DNA of 64,000 nucleotides from an uncultured Acidobacteriota bacterium (GTDB lineage: Bacteria; Acidobacteriota; Thermoanaerobaculia; UBA5066; DATFVB01): assembly GCA_963813155.1 (NCBI GenBank), contig CAWEYG010000001.1:608001-672000 (forward strand). Reading direction: 5' to 3'. A model generated the notes under the pieces. That model ran no database searches. It saw nothing but the letters and a program-made list of their open reading frames with translations, and had not been told where the DNA came from. Positions 39,462 through 49,334 of this stretch are shown here, piece by piece. The position numbers and the translations under genes are program-made. Within the stretch, counting starts at the first letter, position 1. Every line of letters starts with the position of its first letter.

Positions 39462-40862
39462 CTAGATGTGGATCGCGTGGCCGTTGGCGGCCGCTTCCGA
39501 CGCTTCGTGGATCGCCTCCGCGAGCGTCGGGTGGGCGTGGACGGTGCGCGCGAGGTCCTGGGCCGTCGCTTCGAGCTTCATGGCGGCGCCCGCCTCGGCG
39601 ATCAGCTCCGTCGCGCTCGGCCCGATGACATGGACGCCGAGCACCTCGCCGTACTTCTTGTCCGAGACGATCTTCACGAAGCCCTCGGTGTCGTTCAAGA
39701 CGCGCGCCTTGCCGATCGCGGCAAACGGGAACCTGCCGACGACGACGTCGTGGCCGCGCTCGCGAGCCTTCGCCTCGGTCAGGCCGATCGAGCCGATCTC
39801 CGGATGGCAATACGTGCAGCCGGGAATCTGGTCGTAGTTCAACGGATACGTCTCCGCGCCCGCCATCGTTTCTACCGAGACGATCCCCTCCGCTTGCGCG
39901 ACGTGCGCGAGCCACGGTGTCGGCACGACGTCGCCGATCGCGAAAACGCCCGGAACGTTCGTGCGGCAGTTCGCGTCGATCGTGATGTAACCCCGCTCGG
40001 TCGCCACACCCAGCTTCTCGAGGCCGATTTTCTCCGACAGGGGCTTTCGCCCGACGGCGACGAGAAGCTTCTCGGCCTTGAGCGTCTCGGTCTTCCCGCC
40101 GGGCGTCCGGGCGAGCACCTCGACTCCCTGGTCGTTTTTCGTGATCGTCTCGACCTTCGTGTCGACGAAGCTCGCGATGCCCTGTTTGCGGAACGAGGCC
40201 GCGAGCTCCTTGGAAACCTCCTCGTCCTCGACCGGCACGAGGCGGGGCAGCATTTCGACGATCGTGCACTTCGCGCCGAAGCGCGCGAACATCGAAGCGA
40301 ATTCCACGCCGACGGCGCCCGAGCCGATGACGACGAGCGACTTCGGGACTTCCTTGAGCTCCAGGATCGAGTCGGAATCGAGGATCGTCTGGTGGTCGGT
40401 CGCTGCGATCGGGAGCTGCCGCGGGTTCGACCCGGTCGCGATGAGGATGAACTTCGCGCCGAACGACGTTTCGTTCCCCGCCGCGTCGACGACCGAGACC
40501 GTCCGGTCGTCTTTGAGCGACCCGAACCCCGTGATCACGTCGACCTTGTTCTTCTTCATGAGAAACGCGATGCCGTTGCTGCTCTGACGCACGACCTTCG
40601 CCTTGTGCTTCATCGCGCCGGCCATGTCGAGACGAACCTCTTTGGCGACGACGCCCACGTCGCCCCCCTTTCGCGCCGACTCGAGCAGGTCCGCGGAGTG
40701 AAGCAGGGCCTTGGTCGGAATGCACCCGCGCAGCGTGCAGACGCCGCCGAGCGCGGCGTCCTTCTCCACGATCGCGGCCTTCATTCCGAGCTGGGAAGCG
40801 CGAATCGCCGCGACATATCCGCCGGGTCCGGAGCCGATCACCACGAGGTCGTAATTCGCCAT
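39462..40862 (-). CDS. lpdA: Dihydrolipoamide dehydrogenase
   Basis: GSGPGG, GGVCTLRGCIPTK and HAHPTLAE. Confidence 0.96.
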   Translation of the reverse strand: MANYDLVVIGSGPGGYVAAIRASQLGMKAAIVEKDAALGGVCTLRGCIPTKALLHSADLLESARKGGDVGVVAKEVRLDMAGAMKHKAKVVRQSSNGIAFLMKKNKVDVITGFGSLKDDRTVSVVDAAGNETSFGAKFILIATGSNPRQLPIAATDHQTILDSDSILELKEVPKSLVVIGSGAVGVEFASMFARFGAKCTIVEMLPRLVPVEDEEVSKELAASFRKQGIASFVDTKVETITKNDQGVEVLARTPGGKTETLKAEKLLVAVGRKPLSEKIGLEKLGVATERGYITIDANCRTNVPGVFAIGDVVPTPWLAHVAQAEGIVSVETMAGAETYPLNYDQIPGCTYCHPEIGSIGLTEAKARERGHDVVVGRFPFAAIGKARVLNDTEGFVKIVSDKKYGEVLGVHVIGPSATELIAEAGAAMKLEATAQDLARTVHAHPTLAEAIHEASEAAANGHAIHI

Positions 40863-40903
40863 TCGAGGAATATATCCGAAAGCCGGCCGGGCATTCTCGG
40901 CCC

Positions 40904-40983
40904 GTCATCGCGAGGCCGCAAGGCGGCCGTGGCGATCTGGCCCGGGGCGCCGGAGCAGATTGCTTCGCTCCGCTCGCAATGAC
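40904..40983. repeat. RPE/REP-like inverted repeat (GTCATYGCGAG...GATTGCTTCG...CTCGCAATGAC family)
   Basis: Terminal GTCATCGCGAG / CTCGCAATGAC inverted repeat with internal hairpins. Confidence 0.75.
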
Positions 40984-40999
40984 AGGATCGCCCCAACGC

Positions 41000-42268
41000 A
41001 TGAGGCCGCGCCGGCGACCCCGTCTTTCGATCGTCCCGCTTTTTGCGGCGGTTTTCCTGCTTCCCGGTTGCTCTTTTCAGCCGCGCGGCGAAGGGGTCTA
41101 TTTCTTCGAAGGCAAGGCCGATCCCGCCGACGCGGAATTCACGCGCGAGCTGTCGAGCGCGACCGGCGAGCCCGCGCTCGGCGGGAACCGCTGTCTCCTT
41201 CTCGAGAACGGCGACCGCATGTTCCCGGCGATGCTCGAAGAGATTCGGCGCGCGAAATCGTCGATCAACCTCGAAACCTACATCTTCGGCTCCGACGCGA
41301 CGGGAACGCGCTTCGCCCGCGCGATCGAGGAGCGGGCGCGGGCGGGCGTGCGGTGCCGCGTGCTCGTCGACGCCTGGGGAAGCCACACGCTCTCCAAGGG
41401 CCTGGAAGCCGAGATGAAGAAGGCGGGAGTCGAGTTCGAGCGTTTTCGCCCCCTTCTGCTGTTTCATCGCCTGAGGAACCGGACCCACCGCAAGATTCTG
41501 GTCGTCGACGGAAAGGTCGGGTTCGTCGGGGGCCAGGGCTTCGACGACCGGTGGGAGGGAGACGCGGATTCTCCCCGCCACTGGCACGACGCGGCCGTTC
41601 GCATCGAAGGACCGGGAGTGTCGAGGCTTCAGGGCATCTTCGCGGAGAACTGGATCGGCCAGAAACGGCCGGTTCCCTCCGGCCCCGGCGACTACCCCGT
41701 TCTCGATCCCGCCGGCGACGAAACGGTGATTTTCCAGCGGTCCTCGTTCGGCGAACGGAACTCCCGCTCGGCGCTGGGCTTCGACCTGCTGCTGCACGCC
41801 GCGAAGAAGGAGATCCGGATCGAGAACGCGTACTTCATCCCCGACGCGACCGCGATCGGGCTCCTGACCGACGCGGTCAAGCGCGGGGTGCGCGTGGAAA
41901 TCGTCCTCCCGGGCCCCAAGAACAACCTCGGCTACGTCCGCGACGCTTCGCGCGCGCGCTACGGCCCGCTGCTCGAGGGAGGCGTGAAGATCTTCGAGTA
42001 CCGTCCGACGATGATGCACGCGAAGACGATCGTGATCGACCGGACCTGGGCTTCCGTCGGATCCGCGAACATCGACAACCGCTCGTTTTTCCTGAACGAC
42101 GAGGCGAACGTCCTCGTTCGCAGCCCCGCGTTCTGCGACGATCTCTCGGCGATGTTCGACCGGGACCTCGCCCGATCGGACGAGATCACCCTGGAGCGGT
42201 GGCGCTCGCGCTCCTTCGGAACGAAGCTGCTCGAGCGGTTCATCGGGCTGTTCCAGAGCGAGCTGTAG
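41000..42268 (+). CDS. Phospholipase D / cardiolipin-synthase-like protein with a lipoprotein-like signal
   Basis: Two HKD motifs (HRKILVVD, HAKTIVID), GSANIDNRS, and N-terminal LLPGC. Confidence 0.9.
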   Translation: MRPRRRPRLSIVPLFAAVFLLPGCSFQPRGEGVYFFEGKADPADAEFTRELSSATGEPALGGNRCLLLENGDRMFPAMLEEIRRAKSSINLETYIFGSDATGTRFARAIEERARAGVRCRVLVDAWGSHTLSKGLEAEMKKAGVEFERFRPLLLFHRLRNRTHRKILVVDGKVGFVGGQGFDDRWEGDADSPRHWHDAAVRIEGPGVSRLQGIFAENWIGQKRPVPSGPGDYPVLDPAGDETVIFQRSSFGERNSRSALGFDLLLHAAKKEIRIENAYFIPDATAIGLLTDAVKRGVRVEIVLPGPKNNLGYVRDASRARYGPLLEGGVKIFEYRPTMMHAKTIVIDRTWASVGSANIDNRSFFLNDEANVLVRSPAFCDDLSAMFDRDLARSDEITLERWRSRSFGTKLLERFIGLFQSEL

Positions 42269-42290
42269 CAGCGTAGGTCATAATCCGGCC

Positions 42291-43449
42291 GTGAGATCCA
42301 TGCGCCGAAGTCTCCTGTTCTTTCTTGCCCTTTCTCTCGCGTGCCAGCCCGGCCGTCCCTCGCGAGAAGGGATTCCGGTCGGCTTCTACGGCGCGCTCAC
42401 CGGATCGACGGCCACGTTCGGCCAGTCGGGAAAGAAGGGAGTCTCTCTCGCGCTCGACGAGATCAACGCCCGGGGAGGCGTCCTGGGAAAACCCCTTTCC
42501 CTGAAAATCGAGGACGACCGAGGAGAGCCGGCCGAGGCCGCCTCTTCGGTGACGAAGCTGATCTCGCGCGACCACGTCGTCGCTCTCATCGGCGAAGCGG
42601 CTTCCTCCCGCACCCTGGCGGCGGCCCCGATCGCGCAGTCGAGCGAGGTCCCCATGGTCACGCCTTCGTCGACGAATCCCCAGGTCACCCGGGTCGGGAC
42701 CTACGTTTTCCGCGTGTGCTTCACCGACGACTTTCAGGGCGAGATGCTCGCCCGTTTCGCGGCGGAATCCCTCCGGGCGAAAACGGCCGCCTTTCTCGTC
42801 GACGTTCGGAGCGACTACAGCGTCGGGCTCGCGGAGGCCTTCCGGAGGGCGTTTTCCCGGGCCGGGGGACGCGTCGTCGGCCGAGCAGCGATATTCGGAG
42901 GGCGACACCGATTTTTCCGCGCAGCTGACGCAGATCCGGAGCGCGGCGCCCGACGTCGTCTTCGTTCCGGGTTATTACACCGAAGTCGGCCTCGTCGCGC
43001 GGCAGAAACAATCGCTCGGCGTCGGGGGCGTGCTGCTCGGGGGAGACGGATGGGATTCTCCGCGGCTGACCGAGATCGCGGGGGCGGCCGCCGACGGCGC
43101 CTACTTTTCCAACCACTACTCGCCGCAGGACCCTTCGCCCGCGACGGCCCGATTCGTCTCCGCGTACCTCGCGCGCTACGGAGAGCTTCCCGACTCCGTC
43201 GCGGCGCTCTCCTACGACGCGGGCAAGCTCGTCGCGGAGGCGATCCGGCGGGCGGGAGAAGCTTCCGGGCCGCGGATCCGCGAGGCGCTCGCCGCGACTC
43301 GAGACTTCCCCGGGGTGACGGGCAACCTCACGTTCGACCTCGACCGCAACCCGGTCAAGTCGATCACGATCCTGAAAATCGAAGGTAGTCGCTACCGGTT
43401 CGTCGAGAAAATCGAACCGAACCGCCCGGCCATTCGCTCCGGCCGCTAA
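42291..43449 (+). CDS. Branched-chain amino acid ABC substrate-binding lipoprotein (LivK-like; frameshift near 42885)
   Basis: LAC lipobox, ALTGSTATFG, INARGGVLG, FRVCFTDDFQG, GGDGWD and FPGVTG. Confidence 0.88.
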
Positions 43450-43451
43450 TC

Positions 43452-43504
43452 CTCCTCGACCCTCGGCCGCAGTTCGCTTTCCCTCGGGATCTCGGAGGCC
43501 AGCG
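43452..43504 (-). repeat. Family-B repeat, copy 3 (between convergent genes)
   Basis: GCTGGCCTCCGAGATCCCGAGGGAAAGCGAACTGCGGCCGAGGGTCGAGGAG. Confidence 0.85.
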
Positions 43505-43519
43505 CCCGCAGCTCAGGCC

Positions 43520-44176
43520 TCAAGGTTTTCTGCTGTCGGTCGACGTGTCCCTCGGCTCGAGCAAGAGCTCGTCGAAGCCCACAACCGACGCTCCCTCGGC
43601 CAGCATCCCCGCGGCTCCCGGAGCGGGACCGGGGTCCGTCGCTTCGAGCGCGGTTTTTCCCGAGACCGTCACCGCGACGCGCGGGCCGGAGAGGTCGACG
43701 CCGATCGTTCTCCAGAGCGGCTCGTCGGACGTCACGCTTCCCGAAGCGAGAGTCCGGGCTCGCCCTTTTTCGACCCGGATGACGGCGACGCTCGACCCGC
43801 GCAGGTCGTAGACGACGCCGAGAAAGTTCTCCGGGTTCCGATACCGCACCGCGAGCCCCGCCCGGCAGGGGCTGCACGAAGCCTCCTTCCGCACCGAGAC
43901 GGCGACCCGGCCGTCGAGAAAGTCTCCGGCCTCGGTCGAGAGCGCGAACCGGTATTGCCCCTCGGCTCCCGAAGAGCCCGTCTGGATCGCGACGTTCTCG
44001 AGAGTGACCGCTCGCGGGTCCGGGATCGCCTTCCAGGTCGACGCCGGGAGGCCCGGGGTCGATTCGTACCGGAGAAATGAGGGCGGAGACCCCGCGCGGT
44101 CGGCGTCGAAGTGGAGGCGAATCGAGGGGCTCGCCAGCGACAGAAATCCGGCAGCGACAATCCCGAAAATATTCAT
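43520..44176 (-). CDS. Secreted beta-sandwich (ConA/DUF1080-like) hypothetical protein
   Basis: Signal peptide; AGLAVRYRNPENF, WRTIGV, ATD...GAAG...FDEL. Confidence 0.6.
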   Translation of the reverse strand: MNIFGIVAAGFLSLASPSIRLHFDADRAGSPPSFLRYESTPGLPASTWKAIPDPRAVTLENVAIQTGSSGAEGQYRFALSTEAGDFLDGRVAVSVRKEASCSPCRAGLAVRYRNPENFLGVVYDLRGSSVAVIRVEKGRARTLASGSVTSDEPLWRTIGVDLSGPRVAVTVSGKTALEATDPGPAPGAAGMLAEGASVVGFDELLLEPRDTSTDSRKP

Positions 44177-44185
44177 GCATCCCTC

Positions 44186-44470
44186 CTAAAACGACAGAAT
44201 CGAGAACACGGTGTTTCCACAGGCCAGGAATGACTGTCGCGAATACGGATCGACGACGATCCGGACGTCCGCCGGAGCCGGCAGGTTCTCCGCGAGCGAC
44301 TCCGCCCAGCGAGAGGCCTGCGAATCGAAGAACTCCGCGACGAGCGTCTCGTCGCTCTTTCCTCGGGCTCCCGCCAGCTCCCGGAGTTTCGCGACGTCGG
44401 AAGGAGTCAGATGAAAGTGGTAGCCGCCGCAATCCCGTTCGGCCGGAACGGCGTTTGTCGTCGACATCAT
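44186..44470 (-). CDS. Small hypothetical protein
   Basis: The ATG overlaps the ACAD stop; 94 aa ending VVDPYSRQSFL...ILSF. Confidence 0.6.
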   Translation of the reverse strand: MMSTTNAVPAERDCGGYHFHLTPSDVAKLRELAGARGKSDETLVAEFFDSQASRWAESLAENLPAPADVRIVVDPYSRQSFLACGNTVFSILSF

Positions 44471-45615
44471 TCCTCCGCCAGGAGCTTCTTGGAGATCACC
44501 ATCCGCTGGATCTCGGAGGTCCCCTCGTAGATCGTCGTCACGCGCGCGTCGCGATAATAACGCTCGACCGCGTACTCCTTCGAATACCCGTATCCTCCGA
44601 AGATCTGGCACGCGCGGGCGCACACCGCGTTGCACATCTCCGAGGAAAACACCTTGGCCATTGAGGACTCCTTCGAAAATTTTCCCCCGTCGTGCTCGGA
44701 GATCCACGCCGCCCGGTGCGTCAGCAGCTCGGCCGCGTCGATCTGGACCTTCATGTCGGCGATCTGGAACGCGACCGCCTGGTGCTCGAAGAGAGGCACG
44801 CCGAACGTCCGGCGGGTGCGCGCGTGCTCGACGGAGTCTTCGAACGCGGCGCGCGCGATTCCGAGCGCCTGCGCCGCAATGCCGATGCGCGAATGGTCGA
44901 GCGTCGTCATCGCGATCTTGAACCCTTCGCCTTCGGCCCCGAGGCGGCGCGACTCCGGGATCTCCACGTTTTCCAGGAAGATGGACGCCGTTCGCGATCC
45001 GTGGAGACCCATCTTCTCTTCGTTCTTTCCGATCTGGAGCCCGGCGTCGGAGTCGCGCACGAGAAACGCCGTGATTCCCCGGGTGCCCGCCGAAGGGTCG
45101 GTCATCGCCATCACGACGTACCAGCGCGCGACGCCGGCGTTCGTGATCCAGGATTTCGAACCGTTCAGGACGTAAGAGCCGCCCTTCCGCTCCGCTCTCG
45201 TCTTCTGATTCGCCGCGTCGGAACCGGATTGAGGCTCTGTCAGCGCGTAGGCGCCCAGGCATTCGCCGGAGGCCAGTTCGCGCAGGATCGTCGTCTTCTG
45301 TTCTTCCGAGCCGAACTTCCAGATCGGGTAGCACGCGACCGAGTTGGTCACGCTCATGATCACGGCCACCGAAGCGTCGATTCGCGCGACCTCCTCGATC
45401 GCCAGGAGATACGAAAGCACGTCGAAGCCCGCGCCGCCAAATTCCGGCGGGATGAACATCCCCAGAAAGCCGAGCTCACCCATCTTCCGAACGAGGTCCG
45501 CGGGAAATTCGTGGGCGGTCTCGCGGCGTGCGATTCCCGGAGCGATTTCCTTCTCCGCGAAAGCGCGCGCCATCGCGCGCACGGACTCCTGCTCTTCGCT
45601 CGGCCGAAAATTCAT
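44467..45615 (-). CDS. Acyl-CoA dehydrogenase
   Basis: YALTEPQSGSD, NGSKSWITN, GGYGY and IYEGTSEIQR. Confidence 0.95.
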   Translation of the reverse strand: MNFRPSEEQESVRAMARAFAEKEIAPGIARRETAHEFPADLVRKMGELGFLGMFIPPEFGGAGFDVLSYLLAIEEVARIDASVAVIMSVTNSVACYPIWKFGSEEQKTTILRELASGECLGAYALTEPQSGSDAANQKTRAERKGGSYVLNGSKSWITNAGVARWYVVMAMTDPSAGTRGITAFLVRDSDAGLQIGKNEEKMGLHGSRTASIFLENVEIPESRRLGAEGEGFKIAMTTLDHSRIGIAAQALGIARAAFEDSVEHARTRRTFGVPLFEHQAVAFQIADMKVQIDAAELLTHRAAWISEHDGGKFSKESSMAKVFSSEMCNAVCARACQIFGGYGYSKEYAVERYYRDARVTTIYEGTSEIQRMVISKKLLAEE

Positions 45616-46259
45616 GCCGTCGGCGGTCCCGCCGGGCCCCGGCGGCGCCCGCGACGGCGCCGGAATCGCCGCCGCTTTCCGGCGGGCGCGCTGCCGGGCT
45701 GCGCCGCCGGCCCCGGCCCGGGCGTACCTGGACCGGGCGGACCCTGCCCGGGCGGTCGTCCCGGCGGCGCGGGACGAGGGGGCGGAGGCGGCTGCCCTCC
45801 CCGCCTGCCGGAAGGCCCCGGGGGTCCGCCCGGCCGCGGAGGGGGCCCGGACCGCGGCTTCGGCTTCCGAGGCTCCGGCTTCCGGGGTTCCGGCGTATCG
45901 ACCCACCCGTCTTCCAGATGGCGAAACGTGACGTCGATCACGGGCCGGTCGGAGCGCCGCCGCAGAAAGTCGACGACCTGCGCCCGGATGGGAGCCTGCG
46001 CGTCGTCGATGATCGCCGGGATCCTCTCGGCGTCGTACAGCACCATTCGCGTCCACCGAATGCGCTTCTCCCCGCCCGCTACCGTCCCGTAGACCATGAC
46101 GAAGGTGTCGTGCTCATGGTCGAGCAGGTACTCCCGAAATTCGAGGTCGGGCAGCGCTTCCGCGATCAGACCCTGGAGGAGCGCCAGATGCTTCTCCCCT
46201 TTCTCGAAGGTCTGCTCCATCGACACGACGCGATCCCGGAACATTTTCGTGCTGGGCAT
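45612..46259 (-). CDS. Hypothetical protein with a Pro/Gly-rich and Arg-rich disordered tail
   Basis: SD GGAG, globular N-terminal ~120 aa, coupled to the downstream ACAD. Confidence 0.7.
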   Translation of the reverse strand: MPSTKMFRDRVVSMEQTFEKGEKHLALLQGLIAEALPDLEFREYLLDHEHDTFVMVYGTVAGGEKRIRWTRMVLYDAERIPAIIDDAQAPIRAQVVDFLRRRSDRPVIDVTFRHLEDGWVDTPEPRKPEPRKPKPRSGPPPRPGGPPGPSGRRGGQPPPPPRPAPPGRPPGQGPPGPGTPGPGPAAQPGSAPAGKRRRFRRRRGRRRGPAGPPTA

Positions 46260-46275
46260 CGTTCGTACTCCTGAT

Positions 46276-47431
46276 CTACTTCCCGAAGATCTCGCGGGCG
46301 ATCACGACCCGCTGAATTTCACTGGTTCCCTCGTAGATCTCGGTGATCCGCGCGTCCCGAAAATTTCGCTCGACAGGGAACTCTTTCGTGTAGCCGTAAC
46401 CGCCGTGGATCTGAAGGGCCTTCGTCGAGACCCGCTGCGCCATCTCTGCGGCGTACAGCTTCGCGATCGCGGCCTCCTCGGTAAACCGCCCGCCCTTTTC
46501 CGCGGCTTCGTCCTTCCGGGCGGCGGCGCGCCAGGTCAGCAGGCGCGCGGCGTCGATCTCCGTCGCCATGTCCGCAAGGTAGAAGCGCAGGACCTGGAAT
46601 TCCGAGATCGCATGGCCGAAGACGCTGCGCTGGCGGGCATACTTCCGGGCGGCCTCGAAGGCGCTCCTTGCGATCCCCACCGCCTGGGCGGCGATGCCGA
46701 TGCGCCCGCCGTCGAGGGTGGTCATCGCGATCTTGAAACCGTCTCCTTCCGCCCCGAGGAGATTCCCGGCGGGCACCTCCACGTCGTTCAAGAAGATCTC
46801 GACGGTCCCCGAGGCGTTGACCCCGAGTTTCACCTGATGTCGCGAGCGGTCGAAGCCCCGGCTGCCCGTGTCCACGAGGAACGCGGAGATGCCGCGGTGC
46901 TTCCGGGCCGCGGTCGGTGGCCGCGAACACGATCGCGACGTCGGCTTCTCCCCCGCACGTGATGAAGATCTTCTCGCCCTGGAGCCGGTAGACGTCCCCG
47001 TCGCGAACCGCCCGGGTCTTCTGGTTCGCCGCATCGGAACCCGCCTCCGGCTCCGTCAGGGCGAAGCAGCCGAGCATCTCGCCGCGAGCGAGCGGAGCCA
47101 GGTAGCGCTTCTTCTGCTCGTCCGTTCCAAATTTCGCGATCGGGTCGCAAACCAGCGAGTTGTTGACGGAAAGGATCACTCCCATGTTCGCGCAGGCGCG
47201 CGAGATCTCCTCGACGACGATCGCGTACGCGAGCGTGTCCATCCCCGCCCCGCCGAGCTCCTCGGGCACCGCGACGCCCGCGAAGCCGAGCTCTCCCGCC
47301 TGGCGGAAGCATTTTCTCGGAAACTCGCCGGTCTGGTCGATTTCGGCCGCGAACGGAGCAACGGACGCTTCCGCAAAGTCGCGCGCCGCCTGCCTCACCA
47401 GCCGATGTTCTTCCGAAAGGTCGAAGTTCAT
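46276..47431 (-). CDS. Acyl-CoA dehydrogenase (frameshift near 46915)
   Basis: FALTEPEAGSD, GGRIGIA, HGGYGY and IYEGTSEIQR. Confidence 0.92.
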
Positions 47432-47874
47432 CGCGAGGGGAACCGCGCCCTTCTCTTCTCGAAGAACGCGTCGATCCCCTCCCGCTTGTCGGGAAGCGCG
47501 TTGAGCAGCGCGAACTCGGCGCGCTCGAGCGCGAGCGACGCCGCGCGCGAGGGAAAACTCATCCGCCGCGCGGCCGCGAAGCGGGCGGAGGGCGAAAGCG
47601 ACGCTTCCGAGAAGGACTTCTCGATCTGCTCCCGGGACCCGATTCCGTCGATCCATCCCTCTTCGAAGGCGGATTCGGCCGGAATTTCCGGCGACAGGGC
47701 GAGCCGGTACGGCAGCCGCCTCACGCCGCGGCGGGCCAGGCGCGAAACGGACGCGGCCGATTCGCCCTCGCGCAGGACCAGGACCGTCTCCGGGGCCGCG
47801 AAGATCAGGTCGCAGTCCAGGGCGGCGTCGAGCGACTCCGGCGAAATGCGTCCGGCGAGAAATGCGTATTCCAT
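47428..47874 (-). CDS. Truncated or degenerate crotonase-fold protein
   Basis: ALDCDLIFA, AESAFEEGWID and DKREGIDAFFEKR resemble the C-terminal half of an enoyl-CoA hydratase. Confidence 0.6.
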   Translation of the reverse strand: MEYAFLAGRISPESLDAALDCDLIFAAPETVLVLREGESAASVSRLARRGVRRLPYRLALSPEIPAESAFEEGWIDGIGSREQIEKSFSEASLSPSARFAAARRMSFPSRAASLALERAEFALLNALPDKREGIDAFFEKRRARFPSR

Positions 47875-47969
47875 GGGCCTCGGATCGTAACAGATGACGC
47901 CGTTGCACCATTGCGTGCGTCCGGGCGCTCCATTCGGAGAGAACCTTCGAGTCTCTTGAACGGCGGCTT

Positions 47970-48635
47970 CTAGGGCTTCTGCTCTTTCGGAGCCTCCGGG
48001 GGGGCAAGAGAAGCCTGGGCCATCGCCTCGAATTTTGAGTCGAGATCCCTCGGATCGTCGGGTTCCTGCTCCGACTCGGAGATCATCTGAAGCTCCACCC
48101 GAAAGGGCTTTCCGATTGCCTTCGGTGCGGCGTCCTTGTCATAGACGAAACTGAATATCGGAGGTTTGACGGAGCCGGCGTGCGGGCTCATCGGCCCCGC
48201 CGTCCCGGAGCTGGACATCTCGGGCCCGCCGCCGCCCCCCGCGGAGAAAGAATCGACGCGCGTCACGTCGGTCTTGTTGCCACTCTGGCCCTTTCCCCGT
48301 TCGATCGAGGAAGGGGGTCCAAGAACGATGACGACTTTTCCGCGCAGCGTTTCCGAGCCCTTCGTCTTTCCCGAGGAGAAATACTTGTCCGCGATAGCGG
48401 CGCGCTCTGCCAGCATCTTGTCGAAATTCGGCCCGCGCTTCGCCTTGTAATCGGCGATGAATGTTTCCGCGTCCGCGTCGGTCTTGAGGTCCTTAAATTG
48501 CGACCTCTCCGACTCGGTCAAAAAGTACGCCTCCGGCGACTTCTCCCAGGTTTTGTACTTCTTCGACAGCCCCGCGCCAAAAGCGAGCGGGATCGCGGAC
48601 ACAACGAGAAGGAATGCGAGAATCAGACTCTTCAT
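47970..48635 (-). CDS. Secreted GWxTD-like protein, paralog 4
   Basis: Signal peptide, KYKTWEKSPEAYFLT, ADKYFSSG..KGSETLRGKVVIVLGPP. Confidence 0.8.
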   Translation of the reverse strand: MKSLILAFLLVVSAIPLAFGAGLSKKYKTWEKSPEAYFLTESERSQFKDLKTDADAETFIADYKAKRGPNFDKMLAERAAIADKYFSSGKTKGSETLRGKVVIVLGPPSSIERGKGQSGNKTDVTRVDSFSAGGGGGPEMSSSGTAGPMSPHAGSVKPPIFSFVYDKDAAPKAIGKPFRVELQMISESEQEPDDPRDLDSKFEAMAQASLAPPEAPKEQKP

Positions 48636-48656
48636 GTTCGGCCTCCGAGAGTGAGT

Positions 48657-49313
48657 TTACTTCGGATTCGCGCTCTCCGGAGGCAGGATCGACGCCTCCG
48701 CCATCGCCTCGAATTTCTGGTCGAGCCCCTGCGGGTCTTCCGGCTCCTGATCGGCTTCCGTGAAGAGTTTCAATTCCACCCGGAAGGCCTTTCCGATCGC
48801 TTTCGGCGCCGCTTCCTTGTTGTAGACGAACGTGAACATCGGAGCCTGTGCGGCGTTCGCGTGCGGGCTCATCGGCCCCGCCGTTCCGGAGCTGGACATC
48901 GCGACCCCGCCGTTGCCGCTCGAGAAGTTGTCCACGCGCGTCGCGTCGGTCTTGTTGCCCGCGTCGCCCTTTCCCCTCTCGATCGACGAGGGAGGCCCGA
49001 AGACGATGACGACCTTGCCGCGCAGCGTTTCGGAGCCCTTCGTCTCGCCCGAGGAAAAATACTTGTCCGCGATCGCGATCCGTTCGGCGAGCATCTTCTC
49101 GAAGTCGGGACCGCGTTTGGCTTTGTAGTCGAGAACGAAATTCTGGGCGTCCGCGTCGGTCTTGACCTTCTTCCACTGGTCCCGTTCGGAGGTCGTCAGG
49201 AAGTAGGACTCCGGCGACTTGTCCCAGGTTTTGTATTTCTTCGACAAGCCCGAGCCGAAGACGAGCGAAGCCGCGGAAAGAATCAGAACGAGCGCGATAA
49301 TCGTTTTTTTCAT
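48657..49313 (-). CDS. Secreted GWxTD-like protein, paralog 3
   Basis: Same motifs as its neighbours. Confidence 0.8.
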   Translation of the reverse strand: MKKTIIALVLILSAASLVFGSGLSKKYKTWDKSPESYFLTTSERDQWKKVKTDADAQNFVLDYKAKRGPDFEKMLAERIAIADKYFSSGETKGSETLRGKVVIVFGPPSSIERGKGDAGNKTDATRVDNFSSGNGGVAMSSSGTAGPMSPHANAAQAPMFTFVYNKEAAPKAIGKAFRVELKLFTEADQEPEDPQGLDQKFEAMAEASILPPESANPK

Positions 49314-49334
49314 TTTCAACCTCTGGCGTAGAGC

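Noticed and set aside
45640-45890. GC-rich short tandem-like repeats
   Set aside because: They are explained by the low-complexity Pro/Gly coding tail of 45612..46259.
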